Below, one piece after another: positions 18,721-28,217 of a stretch of 64,000 bases of DNA; the first letter of the stretch is position 1; each line of letters begins with the position of its first letter. This DNA is from a virus. Both the position numbers and the translations under genes were made by a program. Below the pieces are notes generated by a model. That model was not told where the DNA came from, did not search any database, and saw only the letters and a list, made by a program, of their open reading frames with translations. The DNA is taken from positions 64,001 to 128,000 of the IMG/VR virus record IMGVR_UViG_3300017971_000207; one strand, 5' to 3'.

Positions 18721-19317
18721 TCAAGCGGTGGGCTTCAGCTTGACACGTGAGGGACGCACCTTGGGGGCGTAGCGGCGGCAGTTAGCAGCTGCGTTAGATG
18801 CCCAGTAGCAGGGGCGTCCGACGTCTCCAGGGGCGTGGCAAACTCCCTGACACTCGCCGGCTTTGAAGTGGGGCGGTATCTCGCCGGATAGGTGTGCACA
18901 CGGATGGGTGTTGACCACCACTTGCTTAATCATCTGAGGGCTCCTTTGCTCGTTGTTGGAGGGCTCCGGCGCAAAGCCGAAGATCATACCGTTTGGGGGA
19001 GATTGGTCCTCTAGCGCATCGAGCGTCTCAAAGGCGAGGTCAATCATGTGGGGGCTATCAGCCGTAACAGCTCGGCGCCTGGCGGTCTCAGGCACAGCAT
19101 CGATGATGGCCCTAGCGGCCCAAGCTTCTGGAGAGAGTCCTCGGGTGGCGGCCCAACTGCTCACAAGCTGGTGCTTACTGCCTAGGGAGATCACAAGCTC
19201 GGGAGGCCGAGGCCGGCGGCGCTGCAGTGCCTTTCGGAGCGCGCCGCCTGCTAAAGCGCCTCCGAGGAAGGTCGCCACCAGAGCGACGCTGTACAGAATG
19301 GCAGATATCATATCCAT
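18721..19317 (-). CDS. Membrane-anchored protein with a Cys-rich C-terminus
   Basis: N-terminal hydrophobic helix and five C-terminal Cys. Confidence 0.6.
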   Translation of the reverse strand: MDMISAILYSVALVATFLGGALAGGALRKALQRRRPRPPELVISLGSKHQLVSSWAATRGLSPEAWAARAIIDAVPETARRRAVTADSPHMIDLAFETLDALEDQSPPNGMIFGFAPEPSNNEQRSPQMIKQVVVNTHPCAHLSGEIPPHFKAGECQGVCHAPGDVGRPCYWASNAAANCRRYAPKVRPSRVKLKPTA

Positions 19318-19320
19318 AGC

Positions 19321-19542
19321 CTACTGGGGCAGAGGTACCCCGAAGTGCATATCGCGGAGGTGAGCGCGGAGCACCTCACAGTGCTCAAAAGCTGGGCACA
19401 GCTCACAGGAGGAGAGCCCTTTCATATCCTTGCATGCCTCCACCTTACGCTGGCGGAGGACCGTCTCAAACTGCGGGGTGCCTGGGGTGTATCCTTCCAG
19501 CTCTACGGCAAGGTGTAGCTGCTCTAACCGACCCAGCGTCAT
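19321..19542 (-). CDS. Small Cys-rich protein
   Basis: C..SSCELCPAFEHC motif. Confidence 0.6.
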   Translation of the reverse strand: MTLGRLEQLHLAVELEGYTPGTPQFETVLRQRKVEACKDMKGLSSCELCPAFEHCEVLRAHLRDMHFGVPLPQ

Positions 19543-19775
19543 GATGGGGTTTTTGCCGCCCGAGCAATACTCCGAATCTCCTCCAGCACGGATTGCGGAG
19601 ACTCGATCGCTCGCCTAAAGCAGCCCTCGTGAAGATACCCAAACTCTCCCTGCTCCTCGTCCTCGTGAAAGCTGTTCTCGGACAACGTCCCGCGAAGTAT
19701 CAGGTACACGCGCGTCCCAGCGTCCAACACCTTCCCACAACCACGACACCTATCAGTCGTTGCTTCGTCGCTCAT
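19539..19775 (-). CDS. Small zinc-finger protein
   Basis: CRGC...HEGC; ATGA overlaps on both sides. Confidence 0.6.
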   Translation of the reverse strand: MSDEATTDRCRGCGKVLDAGTRVYLILRGTLSENSFHEDEEQGEFGYLHEGCFRRAIESPQSVLEEIRSIARAAKTPS

Positions 19776-20437
19776 CTCTTAGTCCTTTTCAAGCCCAGTC
19801 GGATCATAACCGCCTGAAGATCCTCCCACACCTGCGGCTTCCACTGCACGTTACGCAGTAGAGCAGCAGGATGGTAGGTAGCGCGGACCGGGACACCCTC
19901 CCAGCTGTGCCACTGTCCCCGCAGAGCCGTAACCTTCTTACCAGACCCTAGCAACGTCTGCGCCGCTGTTCCTCCCATTGCAACGATGCACTGCGGATTG
20001 ACGGCCCGCAGCTGCCCGCAGAGCAACGGGCGGCAGGCGTCTTTCTCTGCGGGCGAGGGCTTACGGTTCTGGGGCTCTGTTCGTCCCCTCGCAATATCCT
20101 CGTCCGAAGGAGGCGCCGTCGGACGGCACAATACCGCGTTGGTGATGAACACCTGGGAGCGCTCCAAGGTCATGGCCTTAATCATGCGGTTTAGAAGCTT
20201 GCCCGAGGAGCCCACAAACGGGACCCCTTCCGCATCCTCCTCAGCCCCCGGCCCCTCCCCCACAAAGGCCAGCAAAGGGCGATCAATGTTCCCCGCACCA
20301 AAAACAACATTACGCCGCTCTCGCGACAGAGCACACGCCTGGCAGCCCTGCGCGCGCTCACGCAAGCGCGCCACCTCGTCCGCCCCCCGCTGACCCGCTA
20401 GGGCCTCTGTCGATAGTAGCGAAAGCTGTGCGCTCAT
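19772..20437 (-). CDS. Uracil-DNA glycosylase family 4 (4Fe-4S)
   Basis: CQACAL, VGEGPG, PFVG.SG, NAVLCRP, TYHPAA. Confidence 0.93.
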   Translation of the reverse strand: MSAQLSLLSTEALAGQRGADEVARLRERAQGCQACALSRERRNVVFGAGNIDRPLLAFVGEGPGAEEDAEGVPFVGSSGKLLNRMIKAMTLERSQVFITNAVLCRPTAPPSDEDIARGRTEPQNRKPSPAEKDACRPLLCGQLRAVNPQCIVAMGGTAAQTLLGSGKKVTALRGQWHSWEGVPVRATYHPAALLRNVQWKPQVWEDLQAVMIRLGLKRTKR

Positions 20438-20529
20438 GTGAGCATCTTACCCTATGGAGAGGGGATTGTCTATCCCACCTCGCCTGGAGCCAGTAACTAG
20501 AGTATGCTCAGAAGGCTGGAGGTCACACT

Positions 20530-20910
20530 ATGGATACTCTTGTCGAACTCTGGGAAAAGCACAGCTTCTGGTTGATCCCTGTAGGCTGGGCGCTTCTCTC
20601 GGGCGCGCTCAACCTCGCGTTGCGCAAGCGCACAGCGGAGGAGTGGGTCGAATATGCAGAGCAGCACCCGCGCCGGGCAGCTATCATCCGACTCATTCGC
20701 GCTCTGGGGTTTGATCCCGCTAAAGCTATCAACGCTGTTCAGCACCTGGTAAATGGGAAAGCTGTAGCGACCCGACGAATGCTGCCGGAGCCTGCTGCTA
20801 AAGCTCTAGAGGCGGCAGAGATCCTAGCGACCGCTAAGGACGAGGACAAGGCCAACGAGGCCAAGAAGGACGAGAAGGAGAAGCCATGCGAAAAGCCGCA
20901 ACCACCCTAA
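20530..20910 (+). CDS. Single-TM protein, holin-like candidate
   Basis: Hydrophobic WLIPVGWALLSGALNLAL segment and a highly charged C-terminus; GGAGG RBS. Confidence 0.5.
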   Translation: MDTLVELWEKHSFWLIPVGWALLSGALNLALRKRTAEEWVEYAEQHPRRAAIIRLIRALGFDPAKAINAVQHLVNGKAVATRRMLPEPAAKALEAAEILATAKDEDKANEAKKDEKEKPCEKPQPP

Positions 20911-21257
20911 TCCTAGCCCTGGCAGCCCTGGTGCTAACCGGCTGTCCCCAGTTTAAGCCGTGGGCCCGAACAGCCCTCGAAGCAGCCCGACACGCCTGCG
21001 CTGCCTACGCGGAGCAAACGGGCCTGTCCTTCAAGGACGTGTGCGACACCGAGGAGAAGCTACGTCCGTTTATCGATTCGATCCTAGCAGCTCAAGCAGC
21101 AGCCGCGGCAAAGGGGGCGGCCGGAGCCTGCAAGTGCCCAAAGTGTGAGGAGGCCCCCAAGCCCGCTGCCCCCGCACCGAAGCCGCCTCCCCCCACGCCC
21201 TCCGCAAAGCCGGAGGCCAAACCCATCCCCAAGCCTGAGCCAGCACCAGGAGGCTGA
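20886..21257 (+). CDS. Lipoprotein with a Pro-rich tail
   Basis: Signal peptide with lipobox LTGC. Confidence 0.75.
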   Translation: MRKAATTLILALAALVLTGCPQFKPWARTALEAARHACAAYAEQTGLSFKDVCDTEEKLRPFIDSILAAQAAAAAKGAAGACKCPKCEEAPKPAAPAPKPPPPTPSAKPEAKPIPKPEPAPGG

Positions 21258-21258
21258 G

Positions 21259-24200
21259 ATGACGGAGAAAGGCACAGGCTACATCCCATCGCCAGAGGAC
21301 GAGCGGGACTACCCGCTGATAGGCCCAGGCGAGAACGCCCTCTTCGGGGCGCTGAACACAACGGTCCCCACCGAGCATCTAGCAATGCTACCGTTGATCG
21401 ACTTCATCCGTGATCAAGGCGGCACCAACTCGTGCTTTCCTGCGGGCACTCGCGTGCTCCTGGAAGGCTTTACAGAGCGACCTATCGAACAGATTGCTCC
21501 AGGAAACCGTGTGCGGACGCACACAGGCCGAAGCGGTGCCGTCACAAAGGTGTCTGAGAGACCCTACGAGGGGCTGCTGTATTCGATCAAAGTAGGAGGC
21601 TGGATATACCCCCTAGAGGCTACTCCCGAGCACCCCGTAGCCGTCATCGCCAACGTGTCCGCCAGAGCAAAGCACGGAGACTTCGAGCCTGGTGAGCTAA
21701 CGTGGCGCCGGTTTGACGCGATACGTCCAGGAGATCGTGTAGTCATGCCTGCAGACACCCGAGAGTTCCCCGAGGACTATCGGTCTGCGTGGCACGTGCT
21801 GCGCGTAGCGGACTATCTGGAAGGGGAGTACTGGGAGGAAGATGGCGCTGTTCGAGCGGCCATGGGAAGACGGGGGAGTGAGATACCTGCGGAGCTGGGG
21901 CTCACCCCCGATATCGGCAGGCTTCTCGGGCTGTTCCTAGCAGAGGGCAGCTTTCTCAAACCCAGCGGCACTAAACAGGGTGTGGCGTTCACCTTTGCGC
22001 GGCACGAAGCGCTCCTCCACACCTTCGTCTTGGAGGCCATGAGGACACACTTCGACCTGGAGGGCCAGAAGGAGGAGACGGAGCAGAAGCCCAACGTCAC
22101 AACGTTGCTATTCTACAGCTCAACTGTAGCGCAGCTGTTCTACGCTCTGTGCGGAGAAGGGGCGCTACAGAAGCGCGTGCCCGACGTGTTTTTTGAGACA
22201 GGGCGCGACGTGAAGCTCGCACTCATCCGAGGGTGGTTTCAAGGAGATGGGTCTCAAGACCCCGTTCGTCTCCGCAGAAAGAAGGACGGCACTGTGCGCA
22301 AAGCTGCGGCCGTTCAAGGAGTCACAAGCTCTGAGGAGCTCCACCGTGGGCTATACCGCTTAGCCTCTCTCTGTAACATCAAGCTCAGTACGCAGCAGAG
22401 AAAGGTAGCGGAGCATCAAAACGCTGCCGGCCGCGAGCTGAACCTTTACGGGGACAACATCCTAAAGGTGTTCCCCGATGCAGCACCGCGCCTGGAAGCC
22501 GCTGGGATAAAGCTATCGGGACGGACCCGCTACCGAAAGCACGCCTTGGGATATCTGTGCCGCGTAGAGGAGGTTTCTATGCGTGAGGCCCCCGCAGACA
22601 CTAAGGTCTACAACTTGGAAGTCGAGGGGGATCACTCGTACGTTGCCGAGGGCATCGCCGTCCACAACTGCGTCTGGCAATCCATCCAGCAGCAGCACTA
22701 CATCGCACAGGGGGTACACGGGGTGCAGCAACGTCTACCCCTGAGCGTGATGTTCGGCTACTACCACACGCGCCTTCGCGGGGGCACGCAGAGGTTTGAC
22801 AATGGCTGCTTCCCCAGGCTGGCCTGGCAGGTGGCGGAGAAGATCGGATTCTGTATCGAGGACCTGTGGCCCTTCAAGGAGCCCGAGATAAACCGACCGC
22901 CGAGTCTAGATGCCACCTCCGGGGCCATAGACCAGCGGTGGGTGCACGGCTACTACCACATCCTCGGACGCCCACGAGAGGAGGAGGTCCGACAGGCCCT
23001 CTCAAACAACCACCCTGTGGTATTCGGGACCGTCGTCGACAACGATTTCAAGCGGTACAAGGGCTCTAACCTTAGCACCGAGCCTATGAAGCCTCCGACG
23101 GGCCACTCCGGACGCCATATGATGTGCGCAGTTGCGTACGATCAAGACGGTCTGTGGGTGATCAACTCGTGGGGCTGTTACGACGATAAGACGGAGATTC
23201 TAACCGCCGCTGGGTGGAAGTCTTTTGCTGATGTCGTGGTGGGTGAGCCCGTCGCAACGCTTAATAGCCACGGGGAGCTGGAGTACCAGAATACGACTGA
23301 CGTTCAACGCTACATCTACGACGGAGAGTTGTGGTCTTACCAGTCCCAAGGCGTAGACCTTGTTGTGACGCCAAACCACAACATGCTCATAGGACGCCGT
23401 TGTCGCGAAGGCGGTAAGCGCGTCCCCAAGTGGGAGCGCGTTCCGGCTGATCGCATCAACACCAAACACTTCTTGATGAAGAAAACGGCTGCCTGGTCAG
23501 GCGAAGAGCCTCCTTACATTGAGGTCGGTCCCCACAGGATACCAACGGAGCTTTGGGTCGAGTTCCTCGGCTACTTCTTGTCCGAAGGTCATGCCCGAGA
23601 GAACGTGGTCCAACGGCCGGAGCGTGTGGCGCTTAACGGTACGACAGGTCGCGAGAAGCGGTACAGCGCGTGCAGCGAAACTCAGTACCTGGTGGGTATC
23701 CATCAAACCAAGTCTGAAGGTGTCTTCAAGATGGGCGCCTGTCTACGTCGCATGCCTGCCGCCTTCACCCGCATAACAGGGGGTTGGCAGGCAACATCTA
23801 GCCCACTGTGCGAGCATCTTCTCCCGCTCGGAAAAGCGCATCAGAAGTACATTCCTCCCTACGTCAAAAGGCTCTCTCCTCGGCTTCTACGAGTGTTCCT
23901 GAAGGCCGCTTGTCTCGGCGACGGCTCCCCTGTAGGCCGCAACGGCAGCGTCTACTACACCTCGTCCAAGCGGCTTGCTGACGATATACAGGAGGTTGCA
24001 CTAAAGGCCGGGATGTGTGCAGATATACGCGAGGATGATCGCCGCGGTCGTACTAATGCGCGGGGGACCACTCGCTATGTGAACTACCAGGTGGCAATCA
24101 AACCCGTGAGGGGAGAAACCAAACCCAAAGGAGGCTTCACGCCAACAAAGATCCCCTACAAAGGTTTCGTGCGCTGCGTCACAGTACCGAACGGTCTGGT

Positions 24201-24369
24201 CTATGTTCGACGCAATGGTAAGGCGGTCTGGTCGGGCAACTCCGACTGGGGCTGCCCGGACCCATCAGGGTTCTATCGATCGGGGTTCTTTCATATGTCC
24301 TGGGAATGGGTAAACTGGTCAAGTGCCACTGATTGGTGGGCCGTCCAATACCCAAAGATGTTCGTTTAG
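21259..24369 (+). CDS. Papain-like (C1) cysteine peptidase with two inteins (~269 aa after splicing)
   Basis: IRDQGGTNS|C (oxyanion Q and catalytic C), GRHMMCAVAY (His), INSWG|SDWG..GFF. AGGAGG RBS before ATG 21259. Confidence 0.88.
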   Translation: MTEKGTGYIPSPEDERDYPLIGPGENALFGALNTTVPTEHLAMLPLIDFIRDQGGTNSCFPAGTRVLLEGFTERPIEQIAPGNRVRTHTGRSGAVTKVSERPYEGLLYSIKVGGWIYPLEATPEHPVAVIANVSARAKHGDFEPGELTWRRFDAIRPGDRVVMPADTREFPEDYRSAWHVLRVADYLEGEYWEEDGAVRAAMGRRGSEIPAELGLTPDIGRLLGLFLAEGSFLKPSGTKQGVAFTFARHEALLHTFVLEAMRTHFDLEGQKEETEQKPNVTTLLFYSSTVAQLFYALCGEGALQKRVPDVFFETGRDVKLALIRGWFQGDGSQDPVRLRRKKDGTVRKAAAVQGVTSSEELHRGLYRLASLCNIKLSTQQRKVAEHQNAAGRELNLYGDNILKVFPDAAPRLEAAGIKLSGRTRYRKHALGYLCRVEEVSMREAPADTKVYNLEVEGDHSYVAEGIAVHNCVWQSIQQQHYIAQGVHGVQQRLPLSVMFGYYHTRLRGGTQRFDNGCFPRLAWQVAEKIGFCIEDLWPFKEPEINRPPSLDATSGAIDQRWVHGYYHILGRPREEEVRQALSNNHPVVFGTVVDNDFKRYKGSNLSTEPMKPPTGHSGRHMMCAVAYDQDGLWVINSWGCYDDKTEILTAAGWKSFADVVVGEPVATLNSHGELEYQNTTDVQRYIYDGELWSYQSQGVDLVVTPNHNMLIGRRCREGGKRVPKWERVPADRINTKHFLMKKTAAWSGEEPPYIEVGPHRIPTELWVEFLGYFLSEGHARENVVQRPERVALNGTTGREKRYSACSETQYLVGIHQTKSEGVFKMGACLRRMPAAFTRITGGWQATSSPLCEHLLPLGKAHQKYIPPYVKRLSPRLLRVFLKAACLGDGSPVGRNGSVYYTSSKRLADDIQEVALKAGMCADIREDDRRGRTNARGTTRYVNYQVAIKPVRGETKPKGGFTPTKIPYKGFVRCVTVPNGLVYVRRNGKAVWSGNSDWGCPDPSGFYRSGFFHMSWEWVNWSSATDWWAVQYPKMFV
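21433..22668 (+). mobile_element. LAGLIDADG intein (412 aa) immediately before the catalytic Cys
   Basis: CFPAGT...ATPEHP...LGLFLAEG...IRGWFQGDG...VYNLEVEGDHSYVAEGIAVHN|C. Confidence 0.93.
23176..24240 (+). mobile_element. LAGLIDADG intein (355 aa, ends GN)
   Basis: CYDDKTEIL...VTPNH...LGYFLSEG...CLGDG...CVTVPNGLVYVRRNGKAVWSGN|S. Confidence 0.92.
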
Positions 24370-24381
24370 GAGACCAACACA

Positions 24382-24738
24382 ATGAATCGTGAGCTAAACC
24401 GCTTGTTAGAGAGCGTACGTGCAGAGCTGGCAGAGGGCCTCCCCAAAGGGAAGTACCTGGGCCTACGAGACGCAAAAAGCATCGACATGAACCGTGTCCG
24501 GGTTGATCTAGAGACCACCTCTGGGGACAATCTAGGGGGCAACATCGAAACCCTCTTGAGAGGTGAGGACGATGTAAGGTGGCTTACGAGGCCGCCGCGA
24601 CGAGGGGAGGGCACCGCGAGCTTCACCATCTTCGTCCGGGACCCGGACGAGTTCAAGTACCTGTGGAACACGTTGGAGCGTGCAGAGATCTACGACGACA
24701 CTATCCTAAACTTCTACGTCAGCGTCACGGACATCTAG
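24382..24738 (+). CDS. Hypothetical protein with the shared N-terminal leader
   Basis: MNRELNRLLESVRAELAEG; AGGAG RBS. Confidence 0.7.
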   Translation: MNRELNRLLESVRAELAEGLPKGKYLGLRDAKSIDMNRVRVDLETTSGDNLGGNIETLLRGEDDVRWLTRPPRRGEGTASFTIFVRDPDEFKYLWNTLERAEIYDDTILNFYVSVTDI

Positions 24739-24747
24739 GATATCGAC

Positions 24748-25089
24748 ATGCACCACCTTCCCTTCTTACTCATGCTGGCCCTCATGGTCTGCATGCTCCC
24801 CGCCTGCCCGGACCCTGTCATCCCTGGCCCTCAATGGGACGGGGGGTCTGTTGAGCCCGACCCCGTTCTACCCCCTGGTGTTGATGCCAACGAGGCTGCC
24901 TGCAAGCGCCTAGAGGAGCTGCAGTGCAAGTCAAAGGATGGGCGCAACCTCTGGGAGCCCACACCCGGCGGCGTCTCCTGCGTCGACGTGTTCCGCAACG
25001 CAGAGAAGAATGGGGTCAACCTACACCCTGCGTGTTTGGCTAAAATAGAACGCTGTGAGGATAGGCATCGGTGTACCGACAAGGGCTAG
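24748..25089 (+). CDS. Cys-rich lipoprotein
   Basis: Signal peptide ending LPAC; six further Cys. Confidence 0.7.
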   Translation: MHHLPFLLMLALMVCMLPACPDPVIPGPQWDGGSVEPDPVLPPGVDANEAACKRLEELQCKSKDGRNLWEPTPGGVSCVDVFRNAEKNGVNLHPACLAKIERCEDRHRCTDKG

Positions 25090-25592
25090 TCCAGATGCGC
25101 CCATAAACGGCGTGTGACAAGTGCATGCACCAGGCTCTCACTGACATGGTACTTCTCCGCCAAGCTTCTCAGGGACACCTTTCGAGGGACGTATCTCCGC
25201 CTGATGTCTCGCACCTGTTCAGGAGTAAGCTTGGCGGACCCGTTGGCTTCGCCTGGGTGTGCAACGTGTCGTCCTTTGGACATCATGTCTCTCATGTTAT
25301 CCGTGTGGGTCCCAACCCACAGGTGCTCTGGGTTGACGCAGGGTGGGTTGTCACACTTGTGCAGAACACAGAGCCCCTCGGGTATAGGGCCGCGGGTAAG
25401 CTCCCAAGATACTCGGTGGGCATAGGTAGATATGCTGCTGAGTTCCTGTCGGCTCCCCTGCCTGAAGAACCCATACTGGGTACGGGAGTGTCGAGGACCC
25501 GTCCAAAGCCAACAATCTCCACTACAGTCCACATGTTTCCAGAATCGCTCGGTCTCGACCAGGCCGAAGGTAGTCTGCTGTCTTGCTGTCAT
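25086..25592 (-). CDS. Free-standing HNH homing endonuclease with a C-terminal HTH
   Basis: RFWKHV..CWLWTG..YAHRVSWE..VLHKCDNPPCVNPEHLWVGTHTDNMRD; GEANGSAKLT. Confidence 0.92.
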   Translation of the reverse strand: MTARQQTTFGLVETERFWKHVDCSGDCWLWTGPRHSRTQYGFFRQGSRQELSSISTYAHRVSWELTRGPIPEGLCVLHKCDNPPCVNPEHLWVGTHTDNMRDMMSKGRHVAHPGEANGSAKLTPEQVRDIRRRYVPRKVSLRSLAEKYHVSESLVHALVTRRLWAHLD

Positions 25593-25819
25593 GATGCAGG
25601 AGGCTCCGCAGGCGTACGAAGACCTCGGACCGCGACTAGCTGGGCTTCCAGAGATTGCTCTGCCTTCGGCAGCTCCTTGGCCAAGAACTCCCCCAACGCT
25701 TCCTTGATCAGCTTGTTTAGCGTAGTCTCTCTGTAGTCGGCTAGGAACTTGAGACGCTTGTGGGTAAAAGGATACAACCTAACAGTGATTTTGACAGGAT
25801 CTTCGTCTTTTGACTCCAT
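25589..25819 (-). CDS. Ribbon-helix-helix protein
   Basis: VKITVRLYPFTHKRLKFLADYRETTLNKLIKEAL; ATGA-coupled to the HNH gene. Confidence 0.7.
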   Translation of the reverse strand: MESKDEDPVKITVRLYPFTHKRLKFLADYRETTLNKLIKEALGEFLAKELPKAEQSLEAQLVAVRGLRTPAEPPAS

Positions 25820-25865
25820 AATAGGAGTATGGCGGCATACTCAAGAGTTGCCGTCAAACCAACCG

Positions 25866-25913
25866 AAGATCGAAAAGTGTGAGGACCGTCACAGCTGCAC
25901 CGACAAAGGATAG
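25866..25913 (+). pseudogene. Displaced duplicate of the lipoprotein 3' end
   Basis: Encodes KIEKCEDRHSCTDKG*, versus KIERCEDRHRCTDKG* at 25042-25089. Confidence 0.85.
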
Positions 25914-25916
25914 CCC

Positions 25917-27434
25917 ATGACCAGCAAGGCACAATTGACCGAGGAGATGCGGCGCCTGATGGGTGTTGCGCCACGACCGCTGGGGCCTTGGTCAGATAGA
26001 CCAGAGGAGACCTGGAAAGAGCCGATCACCACAAAGCTCGATGAGGCCAAGCTCAAGGTAGACTGGGACGAGGGGATAAAGATAGTCGACCAGGCTCTGA
26101 ACAAGCTTCGGACGACCGGCCCCAAGTGGCTGAAGGGCCTTGTAGGGGACGACTGGAAGGCAGGGAAGGTCCAGAAGACCAAAGGCAAAGGAGCCCAGAA
26201 GAAGTACACCGGGCGCCTTCGGCTCTTTGTGGGCCCCTCTGTCAGCAACGCCAGCAAGACCGTTGTGGTGACCCTGACGCAGACAGAGGCGCCGGGAGAG
26301 CACGACTACTACACCGGCGTATACACCACAGGGCTAATCGAGATCGACGCCTCCTGTAAGCTACTGTTGGGCAAAAAGGGTGTAGGCGGCGCCAAGGTGG
26401 GCCTACCCGACCTAAGCGCCATTCAGGACCTTACTGCCAGCGTGCTTACCACCTTTAAGCCTTACCTTGAAAAGCACTTTGGTAGCCCGAGTGGAGAGGA
26501 TGCGAAGGACCTCGCTAAGGATACCCTAAACGACGCGGCACAAGAGCTACTACCGTGGCTCAAGGGCCTTACAGGCGACAAGTGGTATGCTTCCTCAGTG
26601 GGCCCAGAGACGCTGCGACTCCACGTCGGTCTAAGCTACGCCGACGCGCCGATCTCGATGACCATAATCCTGAAGTACGACCCCATCAAGGGGACCTTCA
26701 CCGCAACAGCTCGCGCCTTCTCCGGGGAGGGGCTGATGGATAAGGTCACCAAGGACAATCTCAAGTCGGATGGTCTGCAGGGGGTTGTCGCCATCGCGAA
26801 AAGCTTACAGCCGGTGATAAAGCTGGCGTCCGAGGCTGCTCAAGAGGTCGCGGCGACGAACACCGAGGAGATCATCTTGGACGCTGTCGCGAACTTGGTA
26901 GCCGATGGTCTGGTGTGGCTAAAGGATGTAACCGGCGAACCGGACGGCTGGAAGATCACAAAACCTACGGAGCACGACCCCTGGATGTACTTCAACCTGA
27001 ACCCGCCGGGGAAGAGCTTCACCTTGACGGTCGGAGTGGTGGTTGACCCGTTGGACGAGGGCGAGGGCTTCCAGGTCATCACGGACGTTCTAGGCAAACA
27101 GGGACAGCCCTTTGCCCACCACGGTCCTGTGATCGCTAGTGAGGACGACCTAAAGGACCTAGTCAAGGTGGCTTTGAAGCCTGTTGAGAAGAACATCAAG
27201 GAGGTCATCAAAGCGGAGGGGGCCAAGGTCCTTACCTTGATCAAAGATATTCGCACAGACTACAAGAAGATGCGCAAGGGCCTTGTCATGGCACGTGCCG
27301 CCTTGGAGTTCGTCAGCGAGAAGCTAGAGGTGGAGGATTTCACGGGGGTCGAGGCAAAATGCCTGGAGTTCGAGGAGAAGCTCGGCGCGGCACTCGACAG
27401 CTCGAAGCAGCTTCGCTCAAAGCTCCCTTACTAA
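25917..27434 (+). CDS. Hypothetical protein, possible internal virion protein (three internal repeats)
   Basis: Leader LTEEMRRLMGVAPRPLGPW; repeated WLK(G/D)(L/V)(V/T)G(D/E)..W units. Confidence 0.7.
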   Translation: MTSKAQLTEEMRRLMGVAPRPLGPWSDRPEETWKEPITTKLDEAKLKVDWDEGIKIVDQALNKLRTTGPKWLKGLVGDDWKAGKVQKTKGKGAQKKYTGRLRLFVGPSVSNASKTVVVTLTQTEAPGEHDYYTGVYTTGLIEIDASCKLLLGKKGVGGAKVGLPDLSAIQDLTASVLTTFKPYLEKHFGSPSGEDAKDLAKDTLNDAAQELLPWLKGLTGDKWYASSVGPETLRLHVGLSYADAPISMTIILKYDPIKGTFTATARAFSGEGLMDKVTKDNLKSDGLQGVVAIAKSLQPVIKLASEAAQEVAATNTEEIILDAVANLVADGLVWLKDVTGEPDGWKITKPTEHDPWMYFNLNPPGKSFTLTVGVVVDPLDEGEGFQVITDVLGKQGQPFAHHGPVIASEDDLKDLVKVALKPVEKNIKEVIKAEGAKVLTLIKDIRTDYKKMRKGLVMARAALEFVSEKLEVEDFTGVEAKCLEFEEKLGAALDSSKQLRSKLPY

Positions 27435-27477
27435 GATGAACGCCATGAGATGACGAACAGGGAATGAGGAGAACAAG

Positions 27478-28215
27478 GTGAGCAAACTGCAAGAGCAGCG
27501 GCGATTGATGGGGCTAGAGCCTCGACCTATGGGGCCATGGGCTCAGGACGCAGAGGGCGCGGGTCCTCCTGATGAGGAGATAGTAGAGGCGACCCAAGGA
27601 CCCTGGGTAAAGATGAACCGCGCCCTCAAGAAGGCAGAAAAAGACGGGGTCTCCTGGATCAAAACGAACGTAGCCGACCGAGACTGGAAGACCTCCCTAA
27701 CCACGGCCGACAAGAATTACCCCTACGGGCGGCTGGAGATCTACCTTCTTAGCCCCGAGGGAGTTTTCGAGAAGAACCTCTGGGACCTGACCATCTACCT
27801 AACGTGGACCGCATCCTTAAGCTCAGACACAGACCCCAAGTTCAAAGCGCGCATCCGTTTGGAGGACAAGCAAGGCCAGGTTCACGTGGAGGAGACCAAG
27901 GAAGAGGTCAGCGCTGCGGACATCAAGGACCTCAAGAACCTGCTACTGCTGCCCAACAAGAAAGCTTTGGCCGATGCTTTTGCCCCCGGAGCCCAACAGA
28001 AGAAGTCGTTGAAGGACCTCCGGCGAGCATACAAGGATGCTCGCCAGAACCTCGTCTCTATGAGGGACAAGATCGAGGTTCTCAGCCAGCACCTAGAGAA
28101 AAGCGCGCTCGCGGATGTAAAGGATTCGGCTCAAGAGCTGTACAGCATGGAACTCAAGCTATCCTCAGCAATAAAGAAGCTGCGGAACTCTGCGGCCACC
28201 GCCGCAGAGTTCTAA
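27478..28215 (+). CDS. Paralogue of the preceding protein (single repeat unit)
   Basis: Leader LQEQRRLMGLEPRPMGPW; similar C-terminal helix KDLRRAYKDARQNLV versus KDIRTDYKKMRKGLV. Confidence 0.7.
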   Translation: MSKLQEQRRLMGLEPRPMGPWAQDAEGAGPPDEEIVEATQGPWVKMNRALKKAEKDGVSWIKTNVADRDWKTSLTTADKNYPYGRLEIYLLSPEGVFEKNLWDLTIYLTWTASLSSDTDPKFKARIRLEDKQGQVHVEETKEEVSAADIKDLKNLLLLPNKKALADAFAPGAQQKKSLKDLRRAYKDARQNLVSMRDKIEVLSQHLEKSALADVKDSAQELYSMELKLSSAIKKLRNSAATAAEF

Positions 28216-28217
28216 CC

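Noticed and set aside
21145-21258. N-terminal extension of the peptidase ORF in the track
   Set aside because: It overlaps the lipoprotein gene; a strong AGGAGG precedes ATG 21259.
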